DNA of 64,000 bases from Felis catus (lineage: Eukaryota). Made by a program: the position numbers and the translations under genes. Of this stretch, positions 39,821-52,789 are shown in pieces. Where the stretch lies: assembly GCF_018350175.1 (NCBI RefSeq), contig NC_058368.1, forward strand, positions 184,080,001 to 184,144,000, given 5' to 3'. Numbering within the stretch: the first letter of the stretch is position 1; each line of letters starts with the position of its first letter. The notes under the pieces were generated by a model. That model was not told the origin of the DNA. It worked only from the letters and a program-made list of their open reading frames with translations, and ran no database searches.

Positions 39821-41209
39821 AAGTGGATTTGCTACTGGATCAGGACTCAAGAAAAATAAGGACTTTTTATTTCCTGTAGAATTATAAGCATTTGGTCCCA
39901 CTTTTTCTTCCACTTCAACCCCTTCACAAATTGATAGCTTCAAATCTTATACCTTCTTCATCAAATACATGCCTTAAAAGAAGTTGTTGGCCAACTAAGT
40001 CTTAGCAAGTACTTATAAAAACAAACTAAAAACTGGCCAAATTTTTCATTTAGAAAAAATTTATTTTATGTAAATACTGAGGAAAAAAATCAGCTCAGAT
40101 TATATCTAATCAAATAAAAATCTATTTAAGTACAAGAGGGTAAGTTATAACTGTTCAGGGAGCAGGGATGTTGAGTTTTCTGGCTTTTGTAGATTTATGT
40201 TCTAAGCTGCAATGCTGAGTTAACAATTTTGCTTTGGGATGAATATATAAACACCCATAAGATGAGGATTTTTCAACCTTCCCAACGATCATATTAGAAA
40301 TGAATTGAAGCTCAGAGTGCAATTACAACATAAAGCCCCAAACCACTGTAGAGTTAGAAACTTTTAGAAAAGATTGTCAATTTGCACTGTGGGCTCTGAG
40401 CCAAATTTCTGTAGGAGACTCAAAAAGTCTGTACTGCCCACCCTTTGAAGGTAGCATTGCTGACAAGGACTATTTTCCAGAGCCAATTTGTCAACATCAG
40501 AGACACTGGATTGCCCACATTGATTAGTATGATGTGAGGTGTCGGTGTTTTGTTCTTTGCTTCTATGAATATCCTGAGGCATAAAGACACCTAATAGCAG
40601 TTACATGTGTGTGTGTGAAAGATACCCTCCAAAATCTTTAATGTCAGCAGGCAAGTAATTGTGTAATATCTTCCAAGAGACTAAAAATTCATCTGTAAAG
40701 CACTTGGGAACTTTTCAACTGACTTCGTTTCCTTCTTTTCACAAGAGAGAATGTGCAAAAGCTACTCTGACTTGAGAGTTTGTCCAGTGCTAGAAACTCA
40801 TTATCCCCCCTCAATGAGTTATTGTTATTTAAATGTCTTTCAGTCTCCCCATTTCTTAATCAAATGCAACTCCATTAGATACATATTCACAAAAATTAAA
40901 ATTATAATATTAAAAACACCCAAATAAGCAGTGAGAGTCTCAATCATATTCCAAATATTTTCTAAGTAACTGTTACTTACCCAGTGCAATATGGAATACA
41001 CAAATTTATATTATCAAGTTACTGTCTTCACATAGCATTAATTAAATTTGGGGAGGAAGCCTGAAAAGGCATGCCTCTTAGAGTGTGCAGAATTATATAG
41101 AGTAGTGGGAAGACAGGGATTGATTCTCCAATAACAATTTGACTACCCTTATTTCTAAGAAAGTAAAATGAGTCATTCATTCATTTCATACAAATAGTAC
41201 AGACAGGAT

Positions 41210-41460
41210 GGTAAGGTTCTTAACAAAGAACTTGAAAGCCAGACTGACTGGATTCAAACACTTACTAGCTCATGACCTTAATATTTTAGTTAGGTTACCT
41301 GATTTTCTCTGTCTTGTTTCCACCCTTATAATATGGTCCACTTCTTAGAGTTGTTATAGTACTCAATGAGATGGATAGATATAACAACACATAAATATAC
41401 AAATATTACTACTTGGGAAATTTAGAAAAGTGCCTAGAGCATAAGCAATTTTGTACACAT
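41210..41460 (+). mobile_element. MIR SINE fragment
   Basis: AAGCCAGACTGACTGGATTCAAA...ACTTACTAGCTCATGACCTT...TTAGAAAAGTGCCT. Confidence 0.75.
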
Positions 41461-42943
41461 TTGTATTTATGTTTTTTTAACATCAGATAAGCATAAAAAG
41501 AGTTTGTGAGCTAGTACGAAATTGGATTCAGTAAATGTCCATGTGTGACAATTGTGATAAGAGTTCTTTGCTCCTTCGAAGCTCTTTCTATGGAATATCA
41601 ATCCAAATTAATTAGAAGAACCTGTCATTAAGTGGACCCATGGTCTAAATTCTCAACATTAATAGTAGACTCTGATCACCTTAGGTCAGATAATACAGAT
41701 TAACCACAGTTTAAAAAATATATGGAGCTGGATTCAAAGAGGCAAATGAAGCACTTAAAATATTGTTCCATTTTCCCAAAGTCTTTTCAGGAATTCTTTA
41801 ATCCTCTGAGTGCTTATCAAACATTATTCATTAATTTATTTTGTTTTATAAGAACTTTCCACATATAAGTTTTCTTTTGAGATAATGGTCCTATTCTTTC
41901 ATCTCTAACAACTCAACAATATGAAAAATATTAAAGTTCTAGATTTCTCACCTCAATTTTATTTTAGTAGTAATCAAGAAATGCTAGTTTGAATGTGGTA
42001 TTTAAACTATATGTCTGTACCAAGGCTTTCTTGCTTGAAAGCATTGCAATACACAATAAAACCTGGCTAGCGAGTATAAACAAGCATGCAAAGAGGATTT
42101 ATGGCCTCATGTATTTAGAGAGCACGGTGGCTGGGAAGGCTTCAGGTGAAGCTTTAGTAGGGTCTCCAGACAGTGTTGTCAGGACTCTGTTTCTCTCCTG
42201 ATTAAACCCTGCTCAACTCCACATGTTTCTTTCATTCCCTTAGACTCTCTCCCTTCACGGTTATAAGAAAACCATCAGAACCTCCTGGGGTTATAATCCT
42301 TTGGCATTCAAAAATTAAACAGAAATTTAATATATCCAATTAAATTTGGACTTTAAAATGTCCAAATGTTGGACATCCAAAAAGTTAAGATTCTTAGTTC
42401 AAGCACTTGCCACAGAAACTCTAATTTCGGGCTTAATTCACCAATCCATACCTGAAACAGTTGTGGAGAAGGAAATCTAATGCTGATGACTGTAGCTCTG
42501 TATTATGTCATCTACCAGATAATATTGTCCCACCTAAACCATGTGAAACAGTGAGGGGAGATGTGGATCCCTCAGTGAACACTGTGGCTATATTAAGAAG
42601 GAACAAATCTCTAAAAGAAAATTGGACCTCTTATGTTGGGAAGGAAAGATCTATTTTTAATAGAGTATAGAATAAGAGGAATCCAAAGGCACAATCCCTT
42701 CCCTCCAGTTTGCAACTGCTTTGTAATTTTATTTAATTTAGTAAATATGAACAGAGTACCTACTAAGTTTGACATTGAAATAGATGTTGGGAAAAATCCA
42801 AAGATAAATAAAATATAATTCTGTCCTTAACAAATTCAAGACATAGGAACAGAAATGTACATATAGTACACATAATACACTTATATATGTAGCACATATA
42901 TACATATGTATTCAAGGATAACCAGGTACTCATGCATTTAACA

Positions 42944-43186
42944 CAATGATTCTCAAACTATCTGGGTTGGAGAACTAGCTATTGTCCTGCATTCCACTGC
43001 AGAATAACACTTTTATGAAATGTCATAAAATTAATTACTATGGAAAAAATGATCACACACTTGGAGACAAAAATAAAATTGCTATTAAACTTTCTAAATG
43101 CTTCATGTTAGTTCTATATTTATTCTACACTTAGAAAGTATTCACAGACTGGCTCCTGAATGCAGATCATACTTTGCAAAGAGCAG
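42944..43186. mobile_element. Non-autonomous hAT-Charlie element
   Basis: CAATGATTCTCAAAC left end and GATCATACTTTGC right end resemble Charlie-type TIRs. Confidence 0.45.
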
Positions 43187-43235
43187 GTTTATAAATACAT
43201 ATTGAATTCACATGTTTAGTAACAATGCAGAGTAC

Positions 43236-43436
43236 TTTTATTATTTTTTTTAATTTTTTTTTTTTAGAGAGAGAGAGCATGTGACCTGGGGGAGAGGAGC
43301 ATAAAGAGAGAATCTTAAGCAAACACCATGATCTGCACGGAGCCCAGCACAGGTCTCTACCCTACGATCCTGGGATCATGACTTGAACCGAAACCGAGAG
43401 TCAGACATGTAACTGACTGAGCCATCCAGGTGCCCC
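43236..43436 (-). mobile_element. Can-SINE (older, short type)
   Basis: Reverse-complement SINE; TSD AACAATGC(A/T)GAGTA. Confidence 0.92.
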
Positions 43437-43628
43437 AACAATGCTGAGTATTGAGATGATGATAGCAATGGGGTGAATATTGTGAAGGAATACTCAAATA
43501 ATAGATATTTAGGTCCTTCTCTTGGAAGGAATCTTTAAGGGGTCCCTGTCCAGGGATCTCTTTAAAAGTCTATTTGGGAAAAGAAACTAACAACAATAAC
43601 AACCACTAATTCTTTATGAAGTGATTAT

Positions 43629-43725
43629 CAGGAGTAACTTTTTTAAAAATAAAGGGCAAGATCATAAATATTTTAGGTTTTGAAGGTCATATGGTCCCTG
43701 TCACAACTACTCAACTTGCCCATTC
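43629..43725. mobile_element. MER58-like hAT-Charlie fragment
   Basis: AAAGGGCAAGATCATAAATATTTTAGG...GTCACAACTACTCAACT. Confidence 0.8.
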
Positions 43726-43729
43726 CTTA

Positions 43730-44250
43730 TCTAGTTCTTCAGTTGTAGGAGACAGAAGACTCAACACAAACTGGTCTAAATAAAACAAGGAATTTATTGA
43801 CTCTGATAACTAAAAACCCAGAGATCAGCTTCAAGTGAAACTTGATCCAGGAGTTCTAATTAGGTTATCAGGATGAGTTTTCTGCTGTATCTCAGCTCCA
43901 TCTTCTACTACATTATTTTCAGCCTCAGACAGGAGACCCCTGGAATCTTCCAGGCTCATGTCATTCCAACTGCCACAATAGCATTAGAAGGGAAAGAATG
44001 CCTCTGTACAAAAAGAAGTCTGATTGTATTTTTTTGGCTTTAAATATGGTACATAATCATCCCTGAATTGACCACTGTGTCCAAAGAAAATTATACATTC
44101 ATTAAACAAATCTCAATCTCTTCTTCATACCTGACCAGAAGATGAAGTCAACTACATCTGAGCAAATTTAAGAGTCGGGCAGGGGTTAGTTCCCCAGAAA
44201 AAAATTAGGGTATTTCTGTTAAAAACTAAGGTGAATGGATGGTGCAAGAT
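43730..44250 (-). mobile_element. MaLR LTR (MLT1J/K-like)
   Basis: CAGTTGTAGGAGACAGAA...AAACTGGTCTAAATAAAACAAGGAATTTATTG. Confidence 0.6.
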
Positions 44251-46519
44251 CAAAAAGAAGTAATGTTGGCAGAAGAAAAGATCACAAAATAGACAACAAA
44301 AGATTGGACTAGGTTACCTATATCAGCATTGTCACTGTATGCTTTCAAGTATAAGAAACTGACCACCATGGGCTGAGATGTCCAGCTTAGGCTCTCTGAA
44401 GAAGGTTGTAACAGGAACCAAAAAAAAAGGTGAGTCATGGATGGGTAGTGAAGATTAAGGAAAACATTCCCATGTACAAAGCATAAACAATAGAAAGACA
44501 CATGGCATTCTATTGACTGTGCTTAGCCTGGTGACACATTTTGGTATCATGTATGGGTTTAATTCTTAGTTTTCACAATTAAGACTTATATAAACTTGGA
44601 CAACGTGCTTCATTTTATCCAAGTTTCAGTTCCTTTACCTTAAAATGGAGACAATTCATGGGGCTATATGAGAAGTAAGTACACATTAAGATCTCTAAAA
44701 GTTGTGGCTACTCTTTGTAAGATAACACAAATCTGTTTAAAGCCATGGTTTCATTGCACAGGAGTCAAGGAAAATACCCTTGGGAAGGAAGCATGAATTG
44801 AGATAAGAGCAGGACCTTGAAAAGGAAATAAGTTTTATTCTATTTTATATAGGTATGAGTAGCAAGGAAAAAATTTTGAACTAGAAAGTGACATGATGCA
44901 ACTGATATTTTAGGAAGGCTTTCTGGCAATGAGAAATCCATGAAGAAGTGAACAAGAAAGATGCTGGACAAAGATAGTTCTTTTCAGGGAACTCCACGAT
45001 CAATGTCTTTAAATGTCTATCAGGAAAATAGAGATTTCTTTTAAAAGACTGTGCTGTATATTGTACTTGACATTTCTCAATATTCTATGCAATATAAAGA
45101 CATTAATGCTGAATCCTTACATAGTGAAAGGAGCAGAAAAACACCTTTTCTGGCAATGAGTAAGGAACTGAATGACCTTCACCTTTTATTAGCAACAACT
45201 GTAATCTTTAAAGTGGCATCGGTGAGAAAGGAACAATGAGAATGGGAAATGACCACAAAAAGAAAAGGTTATTAGGAATTTCCCATAAATGGCATCATGT
45301 TTTCTTTCTTTCAAATGTGGGAGTAATTATAAAATGCCAGGTTTGATAACAGAAAATATTTAGAAAATTCAAGGTAAAGGAAGCAAACATGACACAGAAA
45401 ATCATCTCTTAGAATAATAATACACCTTAATTCTGTAATGGTGAGGGTCCCAATCAATAATATATTTTCATTTTCCTAAGCTGGTATATACTCCATGTTC
45501 ACTTTATTTCTAGTGTTTATTCACATATGCTTCAATCACCAAAGGGAGACATTTACCAGCTTGATAAGTTTTCATCCAAGAACTTCCTTGTTCTTTTCTC
45601 TGCCTCTATTTCTTCCTCAAATTCTCTGTCCATGGGATATTATTTGAAACATGACAGATTACAGGTCACCACAATGGCACTGTTGTGAAAAACTCAGTTG
45701 AACTAGAAAACTCAGTTCAACCTATTTATTTTTTACATGGTTTTATTTTACCCAAATCCTAAATCCTTTATGCAAATACATATGCAATGTTGTGATCAAC
45801 CAAAAAAATATGCATTGTGGCTTCATAACCACAGGTGACGGCAGAAATCATAAATCTTATTTTACAGATTGAGTGCCTCAGAGAAGGAGAGAGGGAGAGA
45901 GAGAGATTAAGTGGATTGCCTAAGGTCACAAGCTAAAGCTGTCTCCTAGTAAGGTTTCTTAATTCTACCTTTTGTGCCTGCAATCATTCAATCCATTTTG
46001 ATGTTGGAAACCGTAGAGTCAGATTCTTTATCTCCTACACTGCATCTTCAGGCAGTATGAGATTCTGACAGGTGACAAGACTATGTTTGAAGTGATAGCT
46101 CTCTTTCTCAGATAGTGCAGGGAACTCAAAAAATTTAAAAAATGGAATTTCCATTAGGTTCCATGGTCAAATACCCAGGACGGACTATGTAAAAAAAGAA
46201 AGTTAGGAATTTTTTTTTTAGTTTTATAAAATTGTGCCTAATCAGATCATTTAAATAACTGAAAATGCTTAGACTTGCCATGCACTATTATCCATGGGCT
46301 ATACTTAAAAACTAGCATTAACATCTCAGCATCTTTATATTTGGGGAAAAACCCTTGTATGTTAATTTGATTTTTGCATATATTCTGTTGTGCCTTATAT
46401 GATGAGCAGTAGCTGATAGATGCTTTTATATAATTTCAGATCAATTCAGGTTTCCTTTTTTGAGCACATCGTGCTCTCTAGCCAAAGAGCAAACCCTCTC
46501 TAGTCAAAGACTAATAATG

Positions 46520-46745
46520 ATACTAATTGTATCTCTACATGTTTGTAACCTTTTGCATTTCACAAAGCACTTTTACATAACTTATCTTACTTGGCATCTA
46601 AAATTCCATGAATTGCTTTTATATTATTCCCATTTTAAACACAGAGACTCTCAGGTTCTTGGATATGAGTTACTTTTATATTATTCCCATTTTAAACAGA
46701 GATTCTCAGGCTCTTGAAGGTTAATTATCTTACTCAAAGCTTCCC
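46520..46745 (-). mobile_element. MIR fragment with an internal ~57-bp tandem duplication
   Basis: TATTATTCCCATTTTAAAC(AC)AGAGA occurs twice. Confidence 0.65.
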
Positions 46746-47092
46746 AAAGAGGTAGGTTTCTCAACCATGGGGGGAATAGCTGTTTAACCAAACCTAAAAA
46801 GACCACCAATATGAAGCCACTATCATTTTACACTTCATTAAAAAATCTATTATAATGATAAGATACTAATAATTTTACAGTGTATCCAGTTTCAGTGATG
46901 TTAAAAATGTTTAAAAATATATGCCTAAAACAGATGCAACATGGTGAACTATGCCATTCCGTCACTGGAATCCTGGTCTCCACCACCAGGCTCCTCTGAA
47001 AAGTGATCTCCATGAATCATGTCTTTATTTTATAATCTATTCACCACTAATTCCCCTGAAATCTGCACCTATCACTCTCAGACTACTCCCCC

Positions 47093-47309
47093 TTTTTTTA
47101 AGTTTATTTATTTATTTTGAGAGAGAGAGCAAGAGAACACAAGCAGAGAAGGGTCAGAGAGAAAGGGAGAGAGAGTATCCCAAGCAGGCTCTGCACTGTC
47201 AATGCAGAGCGCGATGCGAGGCTCTACACCATTAACTGAACCATGAGATCATGACCTGAGCTGAAATCAAGAGCTGGACACTTAACTGACTAAGCCACCC
47301 AGGTGGCCC
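47093..47309 (-). mobile_element. Can-SINE
   Basis: Reverse-complement SINE; CTCAGACT on both flanks. Confidence 0.93.
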
Positions 47310-47496
47310 TCAGACTTTCCTTTTTAATAGTTATACAAAGCTGTCTTTTTTTTTTTAGAATTGATATATGCACACACACACATATGGATAACTTCCAAAA
47401 TTGTATCTTCAACTTTAGAATCCTTATCTAGGCCTATTTGACTTATCCTGCCCCTCTTCAACTTTCCTGAATGGTCTCTTCATTCCAAACTTAATA

Positions 47497-47650
47497 TAGT
47501 AAAATCTTGGATTGAGAGTAACTTATTCTGTGAATGTTCCACAAGATGAGCAAACATTTCTAATAAATTTTAACTTGATAAACAAGTGATGTTTTGCAAT
47601 AAGAGTAGTATGTGACTCTGAACACCACATGATCACAACTGAGCCAATGG

Positions 47651-47703
<53 letters not shown>

Positions 47704-48772
47704 CAGGATTATGGGTGATCATCTCCTATGTTCAGATGGTTGGTCTCAGGCCACAGAGTTTGGCAGAAATCAGGGATTTCTCAGAATGTTGGAAGGTGCC
47801 CTCAACTGGCACTAGTGTAGTTTTTGTCACTTCAAAGCACGTATAGACAGTCCTTTGCTCTTCCATACAAGAATAAGCTTAGGAATGCTTAACTTCACTC
47901 TAGGTCAGGCTGCCTGCAGATGCAGACCCTTTCCTCTGCTGCTTCATTGCAAGTTACATTAAATACAGTATATGACAAGAATTTATTAATACAGTACTGT
48001 AGTCAACATCTGTGTGAGTGTATACAATGGCCCCCATACAGAAAAAGGTTGAAAAGAAAGGTAGTAAGAGGAAGGAGATAATTACAGTGGAAGTTAAGAA
48101 GGAAATCATTGAGAAGCATGATTGAAGTATGTGAGTCCCAAATTGCAAGATTTTATAAAAAGTCTATGTCTCCATCTTGTCTACAGAGGAGGAGGAGAAA
48201 AAGGCGAAGGAAACACTCACTTCAGATGAGATCAGGGAGATGTGTCAAATGTGGGAAACAGTGCATAATTTTGTAGAAAAGCACCACCGGAAAAAGGCTG
48301 TAGCAGTGCGAGTGATAAATCTGTTCAACGACAATACAATGTCACATTTCCACGAAATCCTCAAACGGAGGCAAAAGCCACTGTCATTTGGATAGGTTCC
48401 TTATTAAAGTTGCAGGAAAAGAAAAAGATTCCATTGAACCAATAGATACCAGTGATTTCATTAGTGACAATGAAAATCGTCCTACATACACTATAACCCT
48501 CCTCTCTCTTGTTTCCCTCACAGCAGCCACAAAGGTTTTCAAAGGTACATGCAGGGTAATTTGTTTATTTTTCTTTATATTTTGTATTTTCTTTATTATT
48601 TTGTATTATATTACAGTATTGTAATCATTTTTATATGAATATTTTGGGATTGTGGAACAAGTCATCTGAGTTTCCATTATTTTTTATGAGGAAATTCGCT
48701 TTGATATACAAGTGCTTTGGATTACAAGAATTTTTCTGGACTGAATTATGGTCATAAACCAAAGTTTTACTG
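47497..48772 (+). mobile_element. Tigger/pogo (TcMar) DNA transposon, internally deleted
   Basis: Imperfect TIRs TAGTAAAATCTTGGATTG / ATAAACCAAAGTTTTACTG; TA on both flanks; transposase fragments inside; (CT)n at about 47656-47699. Confidence 0.88.
48027..48500 (+). pseudogene. Disrupted Tigger transposase remnant (N-terminal HTH start fused to C-terminal tail; DDE core missing)
   Basis: MAPIQKKVEKKGSKRKEIITVEVKKEIIEKH then stops; later EEEEKKAKETLTSDEIREMCQMWETVHNFVEKHH...KRRQKPLS, then frameshifted LDRFLIKV. Confidence 0.8.
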
Positions 48773-48924
48773 TATTTCTAAAGCTGAAGTCATTTTCTCT
48801 CTTAACGAGTACAACAACAAAAAAACAAATCAAATAGCATAGTTACTTTCTGACTTGTAAAATTTATAAAAAAAATATAACATTTCCACACTTGGGTCTG
48901 TTTAGAATCTAGTGGATAATGTTT

Positions 48925-49120
48925 TTGGTTAAGCATCCAATTTTGGCTCAGGTCATGATCTCACAGTTTGTGGGTTCAAGCCCTACATCAGGTTCTGTGC
49001 TGAGAGCTCAGAGCCTAGAGCCTTTTTCAGATTCTGTCTCCCTCTCTCTCTGCCCATCTCTCACTTACACTCTGTCTCTCTCTCAAAAATAAATAAAACA
49101 TTAAAAAAATTTTTAAAAAT
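48925..49120 (+). mobile_element. Can-SINE lacking its first ~20 nt
   Basis: Homology starts at TTGGTTAAGCATCC; normal body and tail. Confidence 0.92.
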
Positions 49121-49428
49121 AATACAACACTTCAGAGTGGGGTACTAAAAAGGATTGCCATACTAGAAAACAAAATGTATGCATTTTGATTTGTATAAGG
49201 ATATTTGTTTCGGTTTTCCAGAATTGGACCTCTGGGTTTTTTTTTTTTTACAATATGTCAATATCAGATGTATGTTTATGTTCCAAACAAATATGTAGAC
49301 AATATGTCAATGTCATATTTTGGTGCATCAATCATATATTTGGAGAAACATGGAAAGTCCTCCCAAAATGGTGCTCATAAGCCCCAATTAAATGAGAATA
49401 ACCACTTCTACTATCACCAAAATGTTTA

Positions 49429-49434
<6 letters not shown>

Positions 49435-49494
<60 letters not shown>
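49435..49494. repeat. Compound (TA)n(CA)n microsatellite
   Basis: Direct reading. Confidence 0.95.
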
Positions 49495-50139
49495 AATATA
49501 GAGAAAGAGAGGGAGACAGAGCACACATGCAGGTGCACCTTATATAGGTCACAGAAAAATGACCTGATTAACTGGATACAGGCACCCCTCTACCATGCAT
49601 ATCCTATCTTTTGTCACACCTTTTTAAATTTTATTCTTATATTACTATTACTTTATTTATTTAATTGTTCTTTGTCTGTCTCTCTTAAACACATGTTCCA
49701 CCACGGCTAAATACATAGATGTCTCCATCACATTTTTATCCCCAGCATCTAGAACAATGCCTGACATTTAAAAGGCATTCAATATTCTGCTGCACATTTT
49801 ATTAAAACCTCTAGTGTGAGAAAGAATTATTGTGTTGACTGGGTAGCAAATAAGGAAAACAACACATTCATCACTCTTATGTCTTCAATATATTGTAAAA
49901 CTGTTCATTTCATTGTTGGTAGTCAATACTAGTATATGGCTTGTCCCTAGATAGCTTTGAAATGCAATATCTGAAATCTCAAAATTTTGAGAGATAAATG
50001 AGATATTTCTCTTTCTGAGAACTCATTCTTGCTGAGCATAACCTTCAATGCATGATGGACAATTTAACACAGCTAACATGTTTTCCTATAGCTCATATAA
50101 AAATAATGCCATGACACATATTTAAAATTATCCAGTTTA

Positions 50140-50358
50140 GGGGCGCCTGGGTGGCGCAGTCGGTTAAGCGTCCGACTTCAGCCAGGTCACGATCTCGCGG
50201 TCCGGGAGTTCGAGCCCCGCGTCAGGCTCTGGGCGGATGCCTCAGAGCCTGGAGCCTGTTTCCCATTCTGTGTCTCCCTCTCTCTCTGCCCCTCCCCCGT
50301 TCATGCTCTGTCTCTCTCTGTCCCAAAAATAAATAAATGTTAAAAAAAATTTTTTTTT
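50140..50358 (+). mobile_element. Young full-length Can-SINE (SINEC_Fc-like)
   Basis: CpGs nearly all intact; perfect 14-bp TSD AATTATCCAGTTTA. Confidence 0.98.
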
Positions 50359-51249
50359 AATTATCCAGTTTATTTTTCTTCCAACTTTTAATATTGTACT
50401 ATATCTTTATTAAAATTTATAAAGTTTAATATTTCATATGTTTGGATTTTGTTGGATATACTGTCTCTACTTATTAATTTTACCAGTAGTATCAGTGTTC
50501 ATCAAATTAACGTTTGCTAAGTGGAATTATACCATATTAATAACCCCAATCTCTTGGTCCTGATGTTTAATTCACTGCTTTTATTAGTATATTTCCAGGT
50601 AGAAGATTTAATTTATACATATTAAACTCTACTACATACTGTCTTGCTCACAAAATTTTTCATTAACTATGTTCCCCAGTATTGAATATTTTACTAATTT
50701 ATCACATGAAACATCCCTGGCCATTATTACTTAGATAATAATTTGAGAAAATCTGTCAAATATACTAAACCAAAAACAAACAAAAAAATAAAACAAAATG
50801 CTTACTCTTCTGTTAGAACATTCAATTCTTCTGTTCTTAAGGGAATCTATTTAATCACTTAAATCCTGTGTTTTCTAGTAAAGATTCAGAATTTAGGATA
50901 TTATAACATAGCTTTTTCATTAAACATGATTATTTGCTAGAAGTAGCTCTTTTCATCCATAAAGGAATATTCATTTGCATGGAATGCAAGCCCCAATGAT
51001 TGGCTAGGGAAGTTCAGGTTTTCACTTCTCATACCTCCCATGGAGGTACACTTGTTTCCAATGGTCTAACTCCCTATACACTCCCATACAATTAGTTTTG
51101 TTATTTTACCAATAATGAGCTATGGACGGAAACCAAAGCAAACAAACAAACCAAAAAAAAAAAAAAAAAACAAAAAAAAAACCTTACATTTATTGTACTG
51201 TCTTGTTTTTTTTTTCAAATAGTTGATGCTATTCAACAGACACATTTTA

Positions 51250-51318
51250 TTTTTTAATACATTTTTTTTAAGTTTATTTTGAGAGAGAGAGAGAGAGAGA
51301 GTGCATGAGTAGAGAAAG

Positions 51319-51353
<35 letters not shown>

Positions 51354-51450
51354 TCCCAAGATCAGGGCTGGAACTCACAATCCATGAGATCACGACCTGA
51401 GCCAAAATCAAGAGTTGGACACTTAGCTGACTGAGGCTCCCAGGAACCCC
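51250..51450 (-). mobile_element. Can-SINE
   Basis: Reverse-complement SINE with two (GA)n tracts. Confidence 0.92.
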
Positions 51451-52789
51451 AGCCATGAGACATTTTAAAAGTGGGGTTTGAGGAGGAGGAAACAAGTATG
51501 TTGCACAGGATATACCAAGAAGGGGCAAGTTATGCAAATGTATAAACCCCAAATTTAGTTACTTGGATGCCAAGTCTGCAGGGCCAGGCAGATTGATATT
51601 GGTAACTACTACCATGATATTTTATTAATGAGGTGGCCATTGATTAAAACCCCACATTAGAAGTCTCCTTGATTCATTTTTCTGAAGTTATGTTTAACAT
51701 GTGCATTGGTGGTGGGGAATACTTAATGAGAACAAAGTCATATTCTCAACAGGGAAAACAGACCCAGTTCTAACAGGGAACACTAGTGCAGCTTTGGGGA
51801 GACTTCATACGAGATAATACAAGTCTCCATTTCTTACACTGTATATGCATAACCATAAAACATAACCTTATAGTGAAGACAATCAAAAGATATTGAAATA
51901 GTACAGCTGTTTCGTGTGTGTGTTATATTTCTCCTATAACCTTCAAACTTACTCTCTCCCTCTCTTTCACACTCCTCGTTTTTCCTTCTCTATTTATATT
52001 CATGATCTGCATGGAGGGTTCCTATGGGAAATCCAGGACAAAATCAGGAATTGTAAAACATTGATCAATGTAATTTGAGCAGTTATTTTATAAAGTAATA
52101 TGGTTACAATGAGATTATGTTCTAAAATACGATTAGCCCGTGATGAGTTTCTAATGTTTATAGATTGGCAGACCCAAAAAATAAGTAAGTTCAATGGTGA
52201 CAATGATTTTAATAATCTTGTTCAGTGCCTACCCCTGTACTTGGCTTATATTAAATGGTCAGCAACTGTGGAGTGAGAAATTGAATAAAAATATGACAAA
52301 ACACAGAAGAAAAATACTTTGTTTGACAATGTTTGAAAGATCTTACCTAAAGATTACTATTTCAGTTCAAGAATGCATTTATTGAGCACATGCTATACAC
52401 CAGGCACCATACCAAAACTTGTATTTATAAATATGAATAAACAAGGCCTCTTCATGGAGCTTTTGCTATACTGGAAAAGCAAATGCCAAAGTTCATCTTC
52501 AGTGTATTTTGTGTCAGAGGTATGGTACAGATAAATAGTTGCTATGAATGTAACAATGCATTAATCCCAACCTAATTCAGTTGCAACATAATCAGATATA
52601 GAAATGAAGACAAAGAGAAGGAGGACTGGTAACTGGAAACAATCATCCTAAAGGAGATTTTTAAAAGGGAGATATTAAAAAGGGGAGGGAAGATGTTAAG
52701 GATATTATTGAAATTTTAAGTTAAAGCTGATGAATGAAGAAATGTCACTTATTCAAGAAGGTCTTTCGCTCCTTTGCCCAAAGGTACAA

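Noticed and set aside
40981..41060. Minus-strand exon-like segment (CCTTTTCAG acceptor, TGG|GTAAGT donor)
   Set aside because: Stops in all three frames and a short pyrimidine tract; at most a non-coding pseudo-exon
51531..51538. Octamer ATGCAAAT (several copies in the window)
   Set aside because: Expected by chance in AT-rich DNA; some copies lie inside MER5
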